Shown: positions 38,786 through 51,950 of the stretch, piece after piece
How positions within the stretch are numbered: the stretch's first letter is position 1
Layout: each line of letters starts with the position of its first letter
From: Camelus dromedarius
Taxonomy: Eukaryota
Length of the DNA: 64,000 nucleotides
Direction: 5' to 3'
NCBI RefSeq assembly: GCF_036321535.1
Contig: NC_087436.1
Span: forward strand, 93,808,001 to 93,872,000
The notes under the pieces: generated by a model
The model's database searches: none
Told to the model about the DNA's origin: nothing
The model's input: only the letters and a program-made list of their open reading frames with translations
Translations under genes and position numbers: made by a program

Positions 38786-41511
38786 ATGACTAATTCCCAA
38801 AGCCATAACCAGACCATAATTAAGCATTTACTAGGTTTTTCACTGACAGGTTACACGATTATGAAATGACCAGGAGATTTCATCAATTACTGTTAACATC
38901 TAGTGGTTGGAGAAAGAATTAAGCCAGAAATAAGATCAACAATTTCAGGAACATAAATTTCCTCAATTTTTTTCTTAATGTGTTGTTCAGTTTATTTTTT
39001 AAGAAAACATTTCACCAGTTTTTTCTGTTTTAGCTATCCAGAGATTCTTTGAAAATATAAATCAGTTGCTAGTACTCTACTTCTCTGACAGAAGTCAAAC
39101 TAATAGAAATAGGTTGCTCTTCATTACCTTCCTTAACAGGAAATTGACCTTTCGGTTATTTAGTAAAGTGGGACTAGTGGTTGCCATTTCAAAAAAAACA
39201 TTACACTGAGCCCTTTAAACCTTTAAAAGGTTAATCAAATAAACATACTCTCTGCTTCGAAAGACCTCATACACAAAGTACATCAACAAAGGAGCAAATA
39301 ATAAAACTGCAAAACATAAAACACAACCAAACAAATACACTTAACATTTGTAAAATTAAGAGATTTTCTCTTTTTTTTCCTTCTCTTTGTACTTCCTCAA
39401 AAAGATATAGTAATACGATCTAATTATTTGTTCATAAATTCACCAATAAAAGAGACCATTACCCAAGCTCTTTTTAGTTTGCGCATTAACCTTTTCAGCC
39501 TTACTGCTCCTATAAAACCTTAGAGAAGAAATCCTGAGTTTTCTTTCCTGAACCATGATTCCCTGAACCTATACTATATAAGCCAGATATGAGTTTATAA
39601 AATATTACATGTGAAAGTATTGATAGAACATTGATAATACAAAAGATAAAAGTGAAATGCATAAGAGCCTCCATTAGTTTAAAGCAAAATATCAGGCTCT
39701 TAATTATCTTGGAAACCCACTACATTTAGAAATTCTGGTTTTATTACAGTTGAAAACTCAGAAATTATTCAGACGATAATTTAAAGCAAGATATTATTGT
39801 TGTTAAGAAGAAAGCAGTATGTGTACCAAGTAAACAACCAAAGCCATCTCATCTTAGAATCTGAACTTATAAAAATAAACATTTCAAGGAAAAGCAGGTT
39901 TATAAAGGCCTATGACAGTAATTTATCTAAATGGGATTTTCTGTGTCATTAAAAAGATGTCAAGACCCTTCCATAAAACAGAAAGATTGAGAGAAAAAGA
40001 TAATCTTCTATACACACCACTATAGCATGACCATCTAGTTAATGTACTAATTGTCGAAAGAACAATTGCAGACTTTTATTATTGACTTCTAAAGGTAAGA
40101 TTCAATATTCTATCAGGAAAAAACTGTCTATAATAGTTTTGGCATTAACATTAAATATCAAGTAATCAACACAGATGCCCAGTTGCACTTCATTGTTGCA
40201 AGGAGAAAATGTTAAAATGTTCTTTTGACTCATGATTTAAAGTTTAACGCTTTGGTTGGTCTTTAAAACTCCATTTTAAAAAGGAGGTTGAAGGAAGAGA
40301 TGAAATAGAATCTAGATGATTAAACTGGAAAGGGGAAAAATGGGTCAGACAGACTTAAAAAGAAAAAAAAAATCACAAGCAGAAAACAAAGAAATGAAAC
40401 CCAGAGGGAAGTTGCCTCTTAACATTGTACGACTTTTCTCTATGGTGACAAATTCCTGGCTTCAGAGTTGAGCTACGTCATCTCTGCAGACAACCAAAAA
40501 CATGCATTCATATCTAAGTAATTAATGTTACATTTTAATTCAACTAAACAATTGTTAACTGCTTCTGTGCAAGAATGTACAAGGCCCAGAAAGTACTAAT
40601 ACTCAGGAAATACATGCAAATTGTGCTGCCCTTTCAAGGTGTCTCTTTAGGAAGCTCATCATTTCAGCCATGCTGCTAATACTTCAAACACTTCTGAAAC
40701 TTCTTTTGGAACAATACTCAGTCAGTATACAAACCAATATAAACCTTATAGTTTTTATCATAATGTATAGCTAGTACAAAACCAGCAGTCTCCAGGCCCT
40801 TTAACTGCTCTCATAGGAACATTATTTGGTTCTATACTAGAGTCAACTCCATACTCAGAAGCTGATAATTGGCCATCATTGAAGAAATCTGAAACATTAC
40901 ACCTCAAACCCCGGAGGCAATTAGGAAGGGAACTTCTACAAAAGTTTAAAGTAATAACTTTACAAGTTTCCAAAATTAAAGCAAATGGCCATGAGTGGGA
41001 TCATCTGATTTGGGGCTGATTTAATTTTGATATTCATTTTTAATATAATGCACCTTTCTTCTTTTTCCATCTCTGTTCCTCTCCCCCCACCCTCTTACTG
41101 ATTTTTATATTTATATTTATAAAAGTTCATATACTAAAATACAACAATGTTAACACAGAGAATGGAAAGAAATACCCAAGGAAAGGGAAACTGTAACTAT
41201 TTGGAATGGATTCTTGTTCTTCCTGCTAATGGAGTTGTTTGCTTGTTCAATTTAATGACTGTGCATTATACCCATCTAAGGACAAGCCACGGTGCTAGGC
41301 ACGGGAAATCTGCAGTGAAAAACAGTTCCGGCCTGGAAGGGCTTGTTTCGCTGGAACTCTCCTAATGCCTTAACATTTGCAACTGACCAGAGATATTCAT
41401 AAGCCTAAAAACAAAGCCTGGCATGTATTGGGGGGGTGGGGGGCAGGATGCACTCCACAAATTCTCTCCTTATTTCCTTACTGCTGATCTTTTAAAATTG
41501 GTACTACTCAC

Positions 41512-41824
41512 ATTTCAGGGCACTGAACGCCAGCTCGTAGGACAAACGCTGAAAGGATTCATCCTCAAACTCGGTCGAGTACGGCAGGGGTTCATTCCCA
41601 TACTTTATTAAGACTTTCCCTGGTGACTTTTCGACTCGAATACCCTGAAAGATGTTCGCTGCCATAACGTAAACGGAGTCCGGATAGCCAGTTTTTTCGG
41701 GTAAACCAGCTGCGTTTTTCCCGCTGGATGCTGTGCCACCTGACAGCTCCAGGGAAGAGAGCTGGGAGGGATCCTCGGTAGCTTTTTCTTCCGAAAACTC
41801 CAGTTCACTTGCGGAGTCAAGCAT
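41512..41824 (-). CDS. NSUN7: NSUN7 exon 2 coding part (start codon), MLDSASELEFSEEK...SYELAFSALK
   Basis: ATG at 41824 in context gcaaacATGc; 313 coding nt; donor T|gtgagt; probable acceptor cttttctgttcacag| at 41915 gives 91 nt of 5' UTR. All 11 coding exons sum to 2178 nt = 725 aa + stop. Confidence 0.95.
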
Positions 41825-42223
41825 GTTTGCCCCTTGACTGTCGTAGGTAACTCAAGCTTAAATTACAATTCAGATGTTCCAGAAAATGGTTTTCCTTGTA
41901 CCTTAAGCATCGTCTCTGTGAACAGAAAAGGTTATCTCGGTAAATCACTGTATCTGCAGGACCACACTTGGTGGCCCTCCTCGTGCCTCCTTAAAGACTA
42001 GGAGGTGGCATTTACTAGCCGATCCCGAGCATCGCACACTTCTAGCTGGACAAGCCCCAACTACACCTCCACACACTCACAAAGGGAGAGAGGTGGAGTC
42101 GGCTGGTGAATCGCCTCCGAAGCCACGAGAGACGAGGTCAGTTTAAGGGCAGGGCTCCCCAATGAGCCGCGAGGGGGGCCCCTCGGGCGCTCCTTTCGCT
42201 GCCTCCCGGGAGTCCTCCCTTAC

Positions 42224-42600
42224 CCCAGAGGGCGGATGTTCCGCGGGGCTTTGGGGACAGAGACGCGGCAGTCGCTGAACTTCGGGCACCTGTGGCTGGT
42301 GTCTGAGACAGCGCCCTCGGGAGTCCCGGGACGGCGGGGCTGCGGTGGCGGCCCGCGCAGGCGGTTTAGTTCAAATAAGCCTCTCCCACCCGCCGGGGTC
42401 GGGGCAGGGGGGTCGCGACCCCGGCGCTCGCTTCGCTCGGGTTCCCAGAGGGAGGACTTGCCTCAGGGCTTCGCCCGGCCACCCGCGGTCGCCCTTGAAG
42501 GAAGCGGCGGCGGAGCAGGGTGGAGCGCGGGGCTGTTGGGCCCGCCGGCTCCCTCCTCAGAAAGGTAGGCCTCCCCCGCCTCTCGCAGTCCGTCAGCCAA
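42224..42600 (-). other. NSUN7: Probable NSUN7 non-coding exon 1 (5' end approximate)
   Basis: Strong donor GG|gtaagg at 42224/42223 inside the CpG island, downstream of the GC box and X-box. Confidence 0.55.
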
Positions 42601-42608
42601 ATACCCGG

Positions 42609-42622
42609 GTCTCCATGGCAAC
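42609..42622 (-). promoter_or_regulatory. RFX X-box (GTTGCCATGGAGAC)
   Basis: Close match to the GTTGCCATGGCAAC palindrome, located in the promoter. Confidence 0.7.
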
Positions 42623-44539
42623 CAGGAGCAGTGGAGGGGCGGGGTAGCGGGGAATGCCGCCTGAGGGCAATTCCCGCGGGATTTGGCCGAAGTGTACTTT
42701 CTGTCAGCTTTTTCTCCTTTCTTCACTGGGACACGTGTGCCAGCCCCTCCTCGGGTCCAAGGGCCCTTGCACAGTTGGCCCCTGCCGTCCTGAGGGTTCT
42801 CGACTTCCTCAGAATCACAGGTGGCCCCACTTCCCCCAATATATCTCCTATGGCCTCCTTGAAAGCAAGAATTTTTTTATTGCCGACAACACCCAGCTTA
42901 GCGGGTTTAGCTGAGGCACAGGAAATTTAAAACAGACGAGCGTAGAGCTACTGAAGAAAAGGAAGAGTTGAACCGACTTTATTTCCACGCTTTTTAGAAA
43001 AGTGGATAACACGTTAAACAGGCTCTTCAGAGCAAGTTGTGTAAAGGTCTTGCCCAAGTTAAGACCGCTTCCCTCCTTTCCAGGAGTTGCCTGCGAAGAA
43101 AGTTGTTGCTGAAATGGGCCTACAAACGATCAAATTCACCCCACCCCCCAAGTTATGAGGTGGAACTGGGAATATGTATAAACCTCCCCAAAGGGTTTCA
43201 ACATGACTGCTTTAATTTTTGAGAGCCCTGGAGTGAAGTCTGCATCCTAATGCATCAAAGAAAAATCAGCTGAGCTCATTTTTCAAGGTAGTGGAAAAAT
43301 ACTTTCTTAATTTCTAGAATAAAACCAAGTGACAGATTTAAATTTTCCTGTTGCGTTTATGTGCATTTTAAGCACTTCATTGATAGCCTTTTAACCTGTT
43401 TTGTTATCTTTAAAGTGCGTGTTTTAAAACTAAAAAGGAAAAGATTGCCTTTTTTCCTCTATGATATACCATTCGTATTTCTACTTTGAAACTTCTCCAG
43501 ATTTCAATAGATCTGGTAGTCTAATGATTTTTAATGCCAGTCGGAATATCTAGAGCCTTTTTATATAGGCTGGAATTTTTCTTGCATTAAAATTCAACAA
43601 GCTAATGCAAATGTGAATACGTAAAGGTCATGAAATGAAATGTAACATGTATGTACTAAACATTTCTTGCCTGGTTCAGAAGAGTCTTTTGTAAAATAGA
43701 AATGGATTGTGGAACTTGACAAATTATGTTTCAAGTTTTAATTTTTAAAAAATCATTAAATCATTTAAAAAATCAATAAAATAGATCTAATATCCATTTA
43801 AAAGAAAAAAAAAAAAAACTACTAGATATTTGGTCTCCATTTTCTCCACAAGGCAAAAAACCGAAGACTGAAAGTTGAGTGAAGTTCTTCTTTTTCGAAA
43901 AGGATCAAAGTCCCAAGAAAATCTTAGAAATGCAAGCCCCAATCTCAGCAAAAATCTTGCTAAATATACCTTAAGAGTTAAATAACCCTAGAGAACCTAT
44001 TGGCTACTGGTTAGGAATCTCAGATTTTGTCCAACTACTTTGTAGAAGTGGTCCAATCTGGAAAAAAACAATTTACATATACACTAAGATCAGTTATGGA
44101 CACTCAGGGATTCTGAATTGTGTTCTCCAGTCCTTCCTCAATATGTTAAACAGGAAGGGATAAACTTTGGCATTTGATAGACATATCTGTGTAACTGTAG
44201 GCAAGTCCTTAATATCCATCCCTCAGGCTCAGTTTCTGGATCTGTGAGGTGGAGTTAGTAATGCCTACGTTTGAGGTTGTTTGTGAGGCTTTAATGGGAT
44301 GATGTGTGTCAAGAAGAGTGTCTGGAAAGTAGTAGCTTAATAATTGTTCATTCCTCCTTTCTACCTCCAGAAGTTTTATTTATGAAGCAGCTTCTTAAAT
44401 CTTTTGATCCTACAAGGTATGAGATTACAGAGAAAGCTAATCTGCTGAACTAGCATCTGAAAGACATTTACTGGAGTCCATGTACTTGGCTTGTTTATAA
44501 ATACTTAATAGATATTTTTGAGGTAGACTAGTATAGTTC

Positions 44540-44700
44540 TGTGGTTTTCAGCTTTCAAGCACCTGAAACCCTTGTTAAAAATGCAAATTCCTGGAGCCCA
44601 TCCCTAGAGATTCTGACTTTATCTGTAGTGGAACCCAGGAGTTTGCAGTTTTAGTAGGTAACCCAGGTGATTTTGATGCAGTCAGCCAAAACACCACAGA
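44540..44700. mobile_element. MER5A-like hAT DNA transposon remnant
   Basis: cttgttaaaaatgcaaattcctgg...agagattctga...ccaggtgattttgatgcag. Confidence 0.7.
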
Positions 44701-45139
44701 ACTGGAAGAATTCTGGTATGATTCAAAGACTACTGGTTCTAATTCCACCTCTGTCCCTGACTTAGAAAAGTCCTCTAGCCTCTCTGGATTCTGTTCCCTC
44801 TCGTACAAAGCAGGTTAATTATCCCAGCTTATTTTGCATGTGAGTTGTGAGACTCATCTTCTTTTCACTCTCCAGCATACCTACCATGCAATATCATCTT
44901 GTCTACCAGAAAAAGTCCATACCTTTCAGCAAGGCAGGCAGGGTCTTCTGTGATCTGGCCCTTGTTGGCCTTTTCAGCTTCATTGTTTGGCATCCTAAAG
45001 TCATTCCTTAAACAACTTCCATATCTTTACACATGCTATCCCCTCAGTCTTGAAAGCGCTTCCCTTTTTGCCCACCTGGTGAACTCCTATTCAATCTTTG
45101 AAACTCAGTGCAAGCATCACCTTTTATAAAACCTTCCTT

Positions 45140-45595
45140 GTGCTTGAATTAGGATGTAAATTTAGCCTTTGCAACAGAGACTCAAAATAACCACTGGCTT
45201 CAGTAAAACAGAAGTTTCTCATATAAAGTCCTGTTGGCGTAGTAGCTCTCTTCCTTGTCAGGGACTTGTCAGGCACCCAGACTCCTATTTTAGGCTGCAC
45301 CTGAAGCATTTGCCCTTGTCAGCTTAGTCCAAGATGGTTTACCACTATGTCCATTTCCAGCCAGTGGTTAGGGGAATAAAGAGGAAAGGAAGGACTCACC
45401 TGTTCCTTTCAAGGACATGACCTGAAAGGTGCACACATAACTTTTGCTTACATTTCATTGGCCAGAACTTAAGTCACATGATGTACCTAGAGCAAAAAGG
45501 GTTGGTAAATGTGTCCAGCTAAAAGTCAAGGGAACTACTGCTAGAGAAGAATGGAAGAATGGATATTGGGGAGCTATTAGTGGCAATCTACTACA
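45140..45595 (-). mobile_element. MaLR LTR (MLT1J/K-like)
   Basis: ttcattggccagaacttaagtcacatg...ggtaaatgt motif typical of old MLT1. Confidence 0.6.
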
Positions 45596-46959
45596 AACCT
45601 CTACCCCCTGACCCCATCACCCACCAATTCACTCACTTCCATTATTCTCAATGTCAAGTGTTCCCTACTCTATGTTCCATAACATTTTGTGCATCATATA
45701 TGCAGTCATTCATTAATTTAACAGGTATATATTAAATTCTTACCATGTACCTTGCACTGTGCTCAGCCCTGGAGGTTAAAAAAAAAATGAATGTACAGAA
45801 ATGATCATGGACCTTACCCTCAAGAAATTAATGGAATGGATACACTTGTACTTTAGCACCCTTCAATTTTTATTATAAATATTTATGTACATCTCTGTAT
45901 TCTCTCTCCTTTTGCCATCTTTCTACTCATACAATCTGAACAATACACACACTCTAAAATAGTTTTATTATATTTTTTAAATTTTATTATAAACCATATC
46001 TTTTTATTTCCAGGTGCTTTTTATTCCCAGAAAGAGCCAAATATCACTCTTTCACATACACACACATGCACAGAAGATTATAAATGTGAAGGTGTCTTAG
46101 GGGTCATGGTGTATTTTATTATGCATCACACAGCACAGAATACAGTCTGCTGGAAAATGTGAGGTAAAAGCTAGCTATAAACTTGAAAATATTATCTTTT
46201 AACATATAATTAGAGGAGCTCTTGGGTTTTTTTTTTTTTTTTTTTTTATGATAGATCAATGTAAGTGACAACTCACTGTGTTAAAAACAAGATTTGTTGA
46301 GTCTCTTTCCCCAAAGTAAAGCTCAGGCAAACAGTTGTGGGTTAGTAAATTCATGGTTACTATTTACTCTAATCATGTGTATAACCCTGCCTCCTTGCCT
46401 CTTACTCCTGGTTTATGGGCTCATTGTGGACTTAAAGTATTGGCTGGGAGAGCCAGAAGGAAGCATATCAAATCTCAGTGAGCACTGTACAAAAGTAACC
46501 GTAGAGATAGGTGTGTGGATTCAACTGTTATGAAAGCGAGTAGGAAAAAATATAGTCTTTGTTTAAGTTGCACCCTGTAATATGATCAGAACATTAAATC
46601 AGAGATGGTGTAGAAAATTAAAAGTTAGTTACCTGGAGCTCTCTGCCAAAGTAAGTAAAAGGAGAGATTCTCCTTCCCCAGAGGGTAGAGTATTTGAAAT
46701 ATTTTTAAATTAACATTCCTTGCATTTGACTAGAGTAGCTCCTGTATTGTTAGCCAGGTGGGTATTCAAAACACATTTGCTTACTTGCTTCAGTTTGATC
46801 TGGACACACAAAACTGTTCAGTTCTACTGAATTTTGTCATTATAGGATTGTAAAAAGTGTATGAAACAAGGAATTTTAACTCGTGTTCTAAACATCATGA
46901 TGCAATTTTTCATTATTGCTACTTAGAAATAATACAGTTTTCTTTACAACAGCTCTTTT

Positions 46960-47480
46960 TTTTAATAGACTATTTTTTTTTTAGAGCAATTTCAAGTTTA
47001 CAGCAGAACTGAGCAGAAAATAGAGAGTTCCTACATAGCCCTCCCCACCCACACATACACATTCCCCTACCTTAAACATCCCTCATCAGTGTGGCGTATC
47101 TAGTACAAGCAATGAACCAACCTGGGCACATTATTATCAACCGAAGTCCATAGTCTACATTAGGGTTCATTCTTGATGTTGTACATTCTACAGGCTTTGA
47201 CAAATGCATAATGACATGTAGCCACCACTATAGTATCATACAGAGTAATTTCATTGCCCTAAACCCTTGTGCTCCATCTATTCATCCCTCCCTCCCTCTC
47301 TCTCCCCAAACCCCTGGAAACCATGATCTTTTTATTGTTTCTGTAGCTGTGCATTTTCCAGAATATCATTTGGTTGGACTCATAGTTTGTAGCCTTTTCA
47401 GACTGGCTTCTTTCATTTAGTAATATGTCTTATAAGTTTCTTCCATGTCTTTCATGGCTTGATAGCTCTTCTTCTTTTTC
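46960..47480 (-). mobile_element. Old L1MA/MB-type 3' end
   Basis: ttagagcaatttcaagtttacagcagaactgagcagaaaatagagagttcc... antisense L1 3' UTR. Confidence 0.7.
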
Positions 47481-47619
47481 ACTGCACATATATTTTTTAA
47501 TTTACATATATGTACTGTTCATTGTTTCTGAGAATGTTTAGAGCTTTAGCTTTTTTAACTTATATCGTTATCAAAGGAATAAAACCAACCACAAAATAAA
47601 AATTAATTCAAAAACGTAC

Positions 47620-48112
47620 ATACACCTTGCTATTAACAGCAACATTATTTATAATCGCCAAGATATGGAAGCATCCTAAGTGCACATCAGTAGTTGAATA
47701 GATAATGAAGATGCAGCATACATATATGTAATGGAATACAACTCACTCATAAGAAAGATACTTTGCCATTTGCAGCCCTTCATTCACTTTTTTTTTCACT
47801 GCAAAAACCAGAATTTTATAAACGGCATAAACATTTGCATTACATCAAAAACAACAAAATACCTAGAAATAAACTTAACCAAGGAGGCTACCTATACTCC
47901 GAAAGCTGAAATGACACAAAGAAATGGAAAGATTTCTCGTGCTCTTGGATTGGAAGAATCAACATTATCAAAATGGCCACACTACCCAAAGCAATCCACA
48001 GATCCAACACAACCTCTGTCAAAATACTCAAGACATTCCTCATAGAACTAGAACAAACAATTCCAAAATTTGTAAGGAACCACAAAAGACCCCGAACAGC
48101 CAAAGCAATCTT
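47620..48112 (+). mobile_element. L1 ORF2 fragments (47620-47780 C-terminal; 47830-48112 post-RT region)
   Basis: KYLEINLTKE and MATLPKAIHR...ELEQTIPKFVRNHKRPRTAKAI peptides. Confidence 0.85.
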
Positions 48113-50003
48113 TTGTAGGTCTTTGTTTTTTTCTCTTTCTTCTTTTTGTTATCTTTTCTTATGGTTTGATGACTAGAGAAGGTGCTTTAACATTTGTTGT
48201 AAAGCTGGTTTGGTGGTGCCGAAATGTTTTAGCTTTTGTTTATCTGTGAAGCTTTTGATTTCTCCATCAAATCTGAACAAGAGCCTTGCTGGATAGAGTA
48301 TTCTTGGTTGTAAGTTTTCACCTTTCATCACTTTAAATATATCGTGCAACTCCCTTCTGGCCTGTAGAGTTTCTGCTGAAAAATCAGCTGATAACCTTAT
48401 GGGAGTTCCCTTGTATGTTATTTGTTGCTTTTCTCTTGCTAATTTTAATATTTTCTTCTTGTCTTTAATTTTTGTCAATTTGATGACTATGTGCCTTGCT
48501 GAGTTCCTCTTTGGGTTGATCTTGTGTGGTACTCTCTGCGCTTCTTGGACTTGGGTAACTGTTTCCTTTCCCAAATTGGGGAACTTTTCAGTGAGTATCT
48601 CTCCAAAAATTTTCTCAGGTCCTTTCTCTCTCTTTTCTCTTTCTGGGACCCCTATAATGCAAATATTAGAGTGCTTCATGTTGTCCCAGGGTTCTTTTAA
48701 ACTAACCTTTCCTTTTTCTTCTTTTTTCTGTTTTCTGTTCTGCCATAGTGATTTCTGCTAATCTGTCTTCCAGCTCACTGATCTGTTCTTCTGCCTCATT
48801 TAGTCTATTCTTGGTTCCTTCTAGTGTGTTATTCATTTCAGTAATTTTATTCTTTAACTCTGTTTGGGTATTCTTTATATTTTCCAACTCTTTGCTAAAG
48901 ACTTTGCTCTGTGCATCTGTACTCCTCTTGAGTTCTTTGAACATCTTCACCATCATTACTTTAAACTCTTTCTCAGATAAATTGCTTATCTCCTTATCAA
49001 TTATTTCTTCTTCTGGGATTTTATCTTGTGCTTTGGCCTGGGAGATATCCCTTTGCTGCCTCATATCATCTATCTTTCTGTATATTTGTGGATTCCTTCC
49101 ATAGGCTTTGGAATTGTTGTTTTCTTATTTCTAGTATCTGCTCCTGGTGGATGAGGCTGGACTAGAGGCTTATGTAGGGTTCCTGGCAGGAGGAGCTGGT
49201 GCCTGCCCTCTGCTGGGTGAAGATTGGTCCTGGACCTTTGGTGGGTAGGACCCGTCTAGAGGCCTTTGTGGCTTGGGAAGTCTGCTGTTGGGTGGGGCTG
49301 TGTTCCCACTCGGTATGTTGTTTGGCCTGAGGCTTCCCTAAAAGCTGTTGAGTGGGGCTAGGTCTTGGTGCTAATGATCCAATCAAGATGTCAGCCTCCA
49401 GTAAAGCTCATGTAGATGGACACTCCCAGAATGTCCGCCACCAGCTTTTATGTTCCCTGGGTGAGCCGCAGCCATCCCCTACGTTCCCAGAAGACCCTCC
49501 ACATCCAGCAGGCAGGCCTGGCCCAGGTTCCTATGAAATCACTGCCTCTGCCCTTGGACCTGGCGCACATGAGATTCTGTGTACACTTCCCAAACGAATG
49601 GAGTCTCTGTTTCCTCCTGTCCCATGGGGCTCCCAGCATCAAACCCTGCTGGCCTTCAAAACCGGATGTCCTGGGGTCTCCTCTTTCCAATGCCAGAACC
49701 TGAGCTGGGGAGCCTGACATGGGGCTTAGAGGTCTCACTCCTGTGGGAGGGCCTCTGTGACTTAACAAATCTTCAGCTCGTGGGTTGCCCACCCGAGGGG
49801 TATGGGGCCCAATTATATCGGGAGCACGCCCCTCGTACCGTCCTGCTGTGGTTCCCTCTTTATGTTTCCAGTTGCAGAAGATATTTTTTGCCAGGTTCCA
49901 GTCTTTTCTTCGGTGGTTGGTTGGCATTCAGTTGTGGTTTTGTTGTAGTCAGGAGGAGAGGCGAGCTTGTGGTCCTACCACTCAGCCATCTAGACCGGAA
50001 ATC
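48113..50003 (-). mobile_element. L1 5' portion: 5' UTR plus frameshifted ORF1
   Basis: ORF1 split into 48702..49064 (coiled coil) and 48173..48679 (RRM/CTD: NICIIGVPE, ARHIVIK, LYPARL); 5' end ttccggtctagatggctg with a YY1-like site. Confidence 0.92.
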
Positions 50004-51619
50004 TTTACAATTCTTTTCCTTATTCTTTTTTATTTGGTAAAGCTATCTAGTGTCCCATTGTAGACCTAAGCTATACCCAACTTGGAACTTTGGGACAGTA
50101 AGGCAGGCATCAGGAACCCTTTTTGTCTGGGGGTCCTCAGGGCCTTATGGGTAAGGTAAGATGTATTTGGAGACTGATAGATACTGAAATATTCTATTCC
50201 AGAGAATGGATAGATACCCACAAAGGCAAGAAACGCACCCTGAGATAAATGAACATCATCCTCTGATGCTGGGTGGGAGTTGGTGTGAAGGAATACTTTG
50301 TTTAGGGTAGCATTACTCAAGTGTTTTCTTGCCTAGACCTTGTGGAAACTTGTCCCAAACAACTTGAAAAGGAGATAGTAAGTTAACAGTGCAAAGATCC
50401 CTTTGGGAAAATCAAAATATGATTATGCGTTTTTTAACTCAAGACCATCAAAGATTAGCCAAAAGGACCATAGCCACTTGCAGAGTGGGGAAAAACATCT
50501 TTAATTTGGAAGCATCAGAAGACTGGGATGAAGCAAAAAGTCTTGAAGGGTGGGGCAAGTGGAAAGGAATACAAGTCCAGAGAAAGCAGTTCAAAGAAAG
50601 CACCATTAGGAATATCACTCTGAGATTTAGAAGCCAAAATAGACAACAGCAACTAAGGACCAGTCTGAGTTACCTAAGATGCAAAGGGAAAAGAGGCTTC
50701 TAGAGACATTATCCCAGCCTTTTGTGGCCCAAGAGAAACAAGAGTTATAAGAGACAAACTGTTGTAATAGATTGCACCAACACAGTAGTTTCCCAGAGTT
50801 GATCATTCAGGCATCACGTTCATGAGTTATTTTTCTACATCCATACACTACCATTTATGTTACCTACTCAATATTTTATTTTAATGCAGAATCATGGTTT
50901 TACTTAAATAGAAAACTGTAAATCAAAAGTCATCATTTTCCATAAATGAAAATAACCACAACAAAAGCAAAATAACACCATTAAATTCTAGCTAGAGAAG
51001 GTTGTACCAAAGCTCCAGCTTGAAGTTGACTGTTCTTCGTTAAAAGGGAGATGGGCCATGTTAGAGAGGTGTTAAACACCAGTATAAAAATAAGACTTTT
51101 CTCCTTGACGAAAGGAGTGAAAGAGAATTGGATAAAGCAGATTCCTCATTGTGTATTTAATTGTTATTTAACACTAGGTTGGCATACCATCTTGTATACC
51201 TTTGATGGTGCTGGCCCCACACCTGGGGAAACACCATATTAAGATATTTGACTTCAATAATTAGTTAGAGAAACAATGCTTCTTCTGAAACAAGAGGGAA
51301 AAAATATAAGAAGTTCAGAACTGGAAAAAAAAATTAAAAGGATCTCATGTCACAGATGAATTCAGTCCACTTACATGGAACAGTTGTGAGAACTTTGAAA
51401 CTAAAAAGAGTCAAAAGACCTGGTTTTTAGTCCTAATGGCATGAATTATTTGCATAACCCAGTTACTATTTGTTTCTTGATATGTTCAAGTCTGTGATTT
51501 ATTTACTAAGAAAAAAGTGGAGAAGGATTTGAAGAGACTGAGAAATATTGGCAATTTATAGGGGAAAGATATTTATTTATTTTAATATTTACTTAACAAT
51601 ATATACTTAACATATCCAT

Positions 51620-51950
51620 TTAAAAGTTTATCAAAAGAAGGCAGAAATGGAGGAGTAAAAGAACAGAGAAATAAGACATACAGAAAACAAATAGAAATAT
51701 TGTTGATATAAATCCTACCTAATCTGTAATTACATTAAATGTAAGTGGATTAAATGCTCCAATTAAAAAGCAGAGGTTAGTAGAATGGATTTGAAAATCC
51801 AACTATAAGCTGGCTACAAGAGACATATTTAGATTCAAAGACATAAATGGATTGAAAGTGAAAGGATGGAAAACTACAGCCTTGCAAACCAGAACCAAAA
51901 GAGAGTTTGAATGGCTATATTATTATCTAACAAAATAGACTTTAAGACAA
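51620..51950 (+). mobile_element. Old L1 fragment, start of the ORF2 endonuclease
   Basis: gtaattacattaaatgtaagtggattaaatgctccaattaaaaagcagagg (ITLNVxGLNAPIK). Confidence 0.75.

Larger units (their letters stand above)
41930..42800. promoter_or_regulatory. CpG island / NSUN7 promoter
   Basis: Sharp GC- and CpG-rich segment in an AT-rich background; GC box GGGGCGGGG at 42636-42644. Confidence 0.9.

Noticed and set aside
10317..41824. NSUN7 as a pseudogene
   Set aside because: All junctions are GT-AG, phases are consistent and there are no internal stops over 725 codons
42236..42930. Several 86-136-aa ORFs over the CpG island
   Set aside because: Expected from stop-codon scarcity in GC-rich DNA; low-complexity G/R/P/A peptides
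49162..50063. Overlapping ORFs in the L1 5' UTR (ORF0-like?)
   Set aside because: GC-rich UTR with ORFs in many frames, several with non-ATG starts; ORF0 is described for primate L1 and I see no similarity
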